A DNA stretch of 64,000 nucleotides from Escherichia coli (GTDB lineage Bacteria > Pseudomonadota > Gammaproteobacteria > Enterobacterales > Enterobacteriaceae): assembly GCF_045037415.1 (NCBI RefSeq), contig NZ_CP173438.1; one strand, given 5' to 3'. Shown here piece after piece: positions 63,451 through 64,000 of the stretch; the first letter of the stretch is position 1; each line of letters starts with the position of its first letter. The notes under the pieces are model-generated. The model was given only the letters and a program-made list of their open reading frames with translations. It was not told the origin of the DNA and did not search any database. The position numbers and the translations under genes are program-made.

Positions 63451-64000
63451 TTACGCGGTAGTCGCTAAACGAAGCTTCAACAGCGCGCTCTGCAAGGCAT
63501 TCCAGTCAGCTTCGCTGCTGGAAATCAGCTCAATACGACTGTCCGGTGGCGCAACGTTTTGCGTTTCAATGTGCAGGTCATCGCCCTGACGGTTGATTCG
63601 CACCAGCCCTTCGGGAATACGCAGCACGCCTTTGACGCGTTCCACCGGTGCAAGTCGCGCCCATTCCAGAATACCAATGGTGTCGAATACCGTATCAGCG
63701 TCGAATATCCAGCCACAGGCCTGATGCCCTTGTCCGCTGTTCAGACTGCGACGCCAGCGTTGATGCTCTGGCAGGCTTAACGCTGCTAACCCTTTTTTCA
63801 CGCTATGCTGATGAGAATGCGCGGCGCTGGCGGGCAACTCGGCTAAATTGCGACGCGGCAAATCCAGAAGATGACCGTCAATTTTTCCATGCTCGCTGTG
63901 AATTAATTGCCGATCGCCACCATTTTGCTGCCACCAGCGCTCTAGCGCTTGCTCACTTTCGGGCGTCGCACGGTCGGATTTATTGGCGACAATAATGTCT
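63451..64000 (-). CDS. yeiR: CobW-family zinc-binding GTPase YeiR, C-terminal part (5' end lies outside the window)
   Basis: ORF runs to the window edge on the minus strand; C-terminus ...SEADWNALQSALLKLRLATTA; synteny with lpxT. Confidence 0.75.
   Translation of the reverse strand, partial: DIIVANKSDRATPESEQALERWWQQNGGDRQLIHSEHGKIDGHLLDLPRRNLAELPASAAHSHQHSVKKGLAALSLPEHQRWRRSLNSGQGHQACGWIFDADTVFDTIGILEWARLAPVERVKGVLRIPEGLVRINRQGDDLHIETQNVAPPDSRIELISSSEADWNALQSALLKLRLATTA

Overview
This window reads as a conserved Escherichia coli (or Shigella-like) core-chromosome segment, in reverse orientation relative to K-12 numbering, and I found no novel system, mobile element, CRISPR array or defense island in it. 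Gene order is yfaA(partial)-yfaT-yfaS-yfaQ-yfaP / atoBEAD-atoC-atoS / rcsC-rcsB-rcsD / micF-ompC / apbE-ada-alkB-yojI-mqo / eco / napFDAGHBC-ccmABCDEFGH / narP / yejO remnant / tRNA-Pro / yejM-yejL / yejK / rplY / yejH(radD) / rsuA-bcr-yejG / yejFEBA / rtn(pdeN) / mepS / lpxT / yeiR(partial). Gene calls rest on my recognition of the translated ORFs and on synteny recalled from E. coli K-12; no database search was run. The strain is not K-12, because yfaS is one intact 1534-codon frame here, the yejO region has no IS5, and OmpC is 373 aa. The points most worth a second look are two apparent +1 frameshifts, in the Tat signal region of napA and in the middle of yejB, which share an identical 12-mer (CTGCCGGTTCTC). 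The under-characterised five-gene alpha-2-macroglobulin (yfaS-type) cluster is the closest thing to a poorly described system. Regulatory sites called from sequence include the AtoC palindrome and sigma-54 promoter of atoDAEB, the ModE/FNR/NarP architecture upstream of napF, the OmpR boxes of ompC, REP/BIME repeats and several rho-independent terminators.
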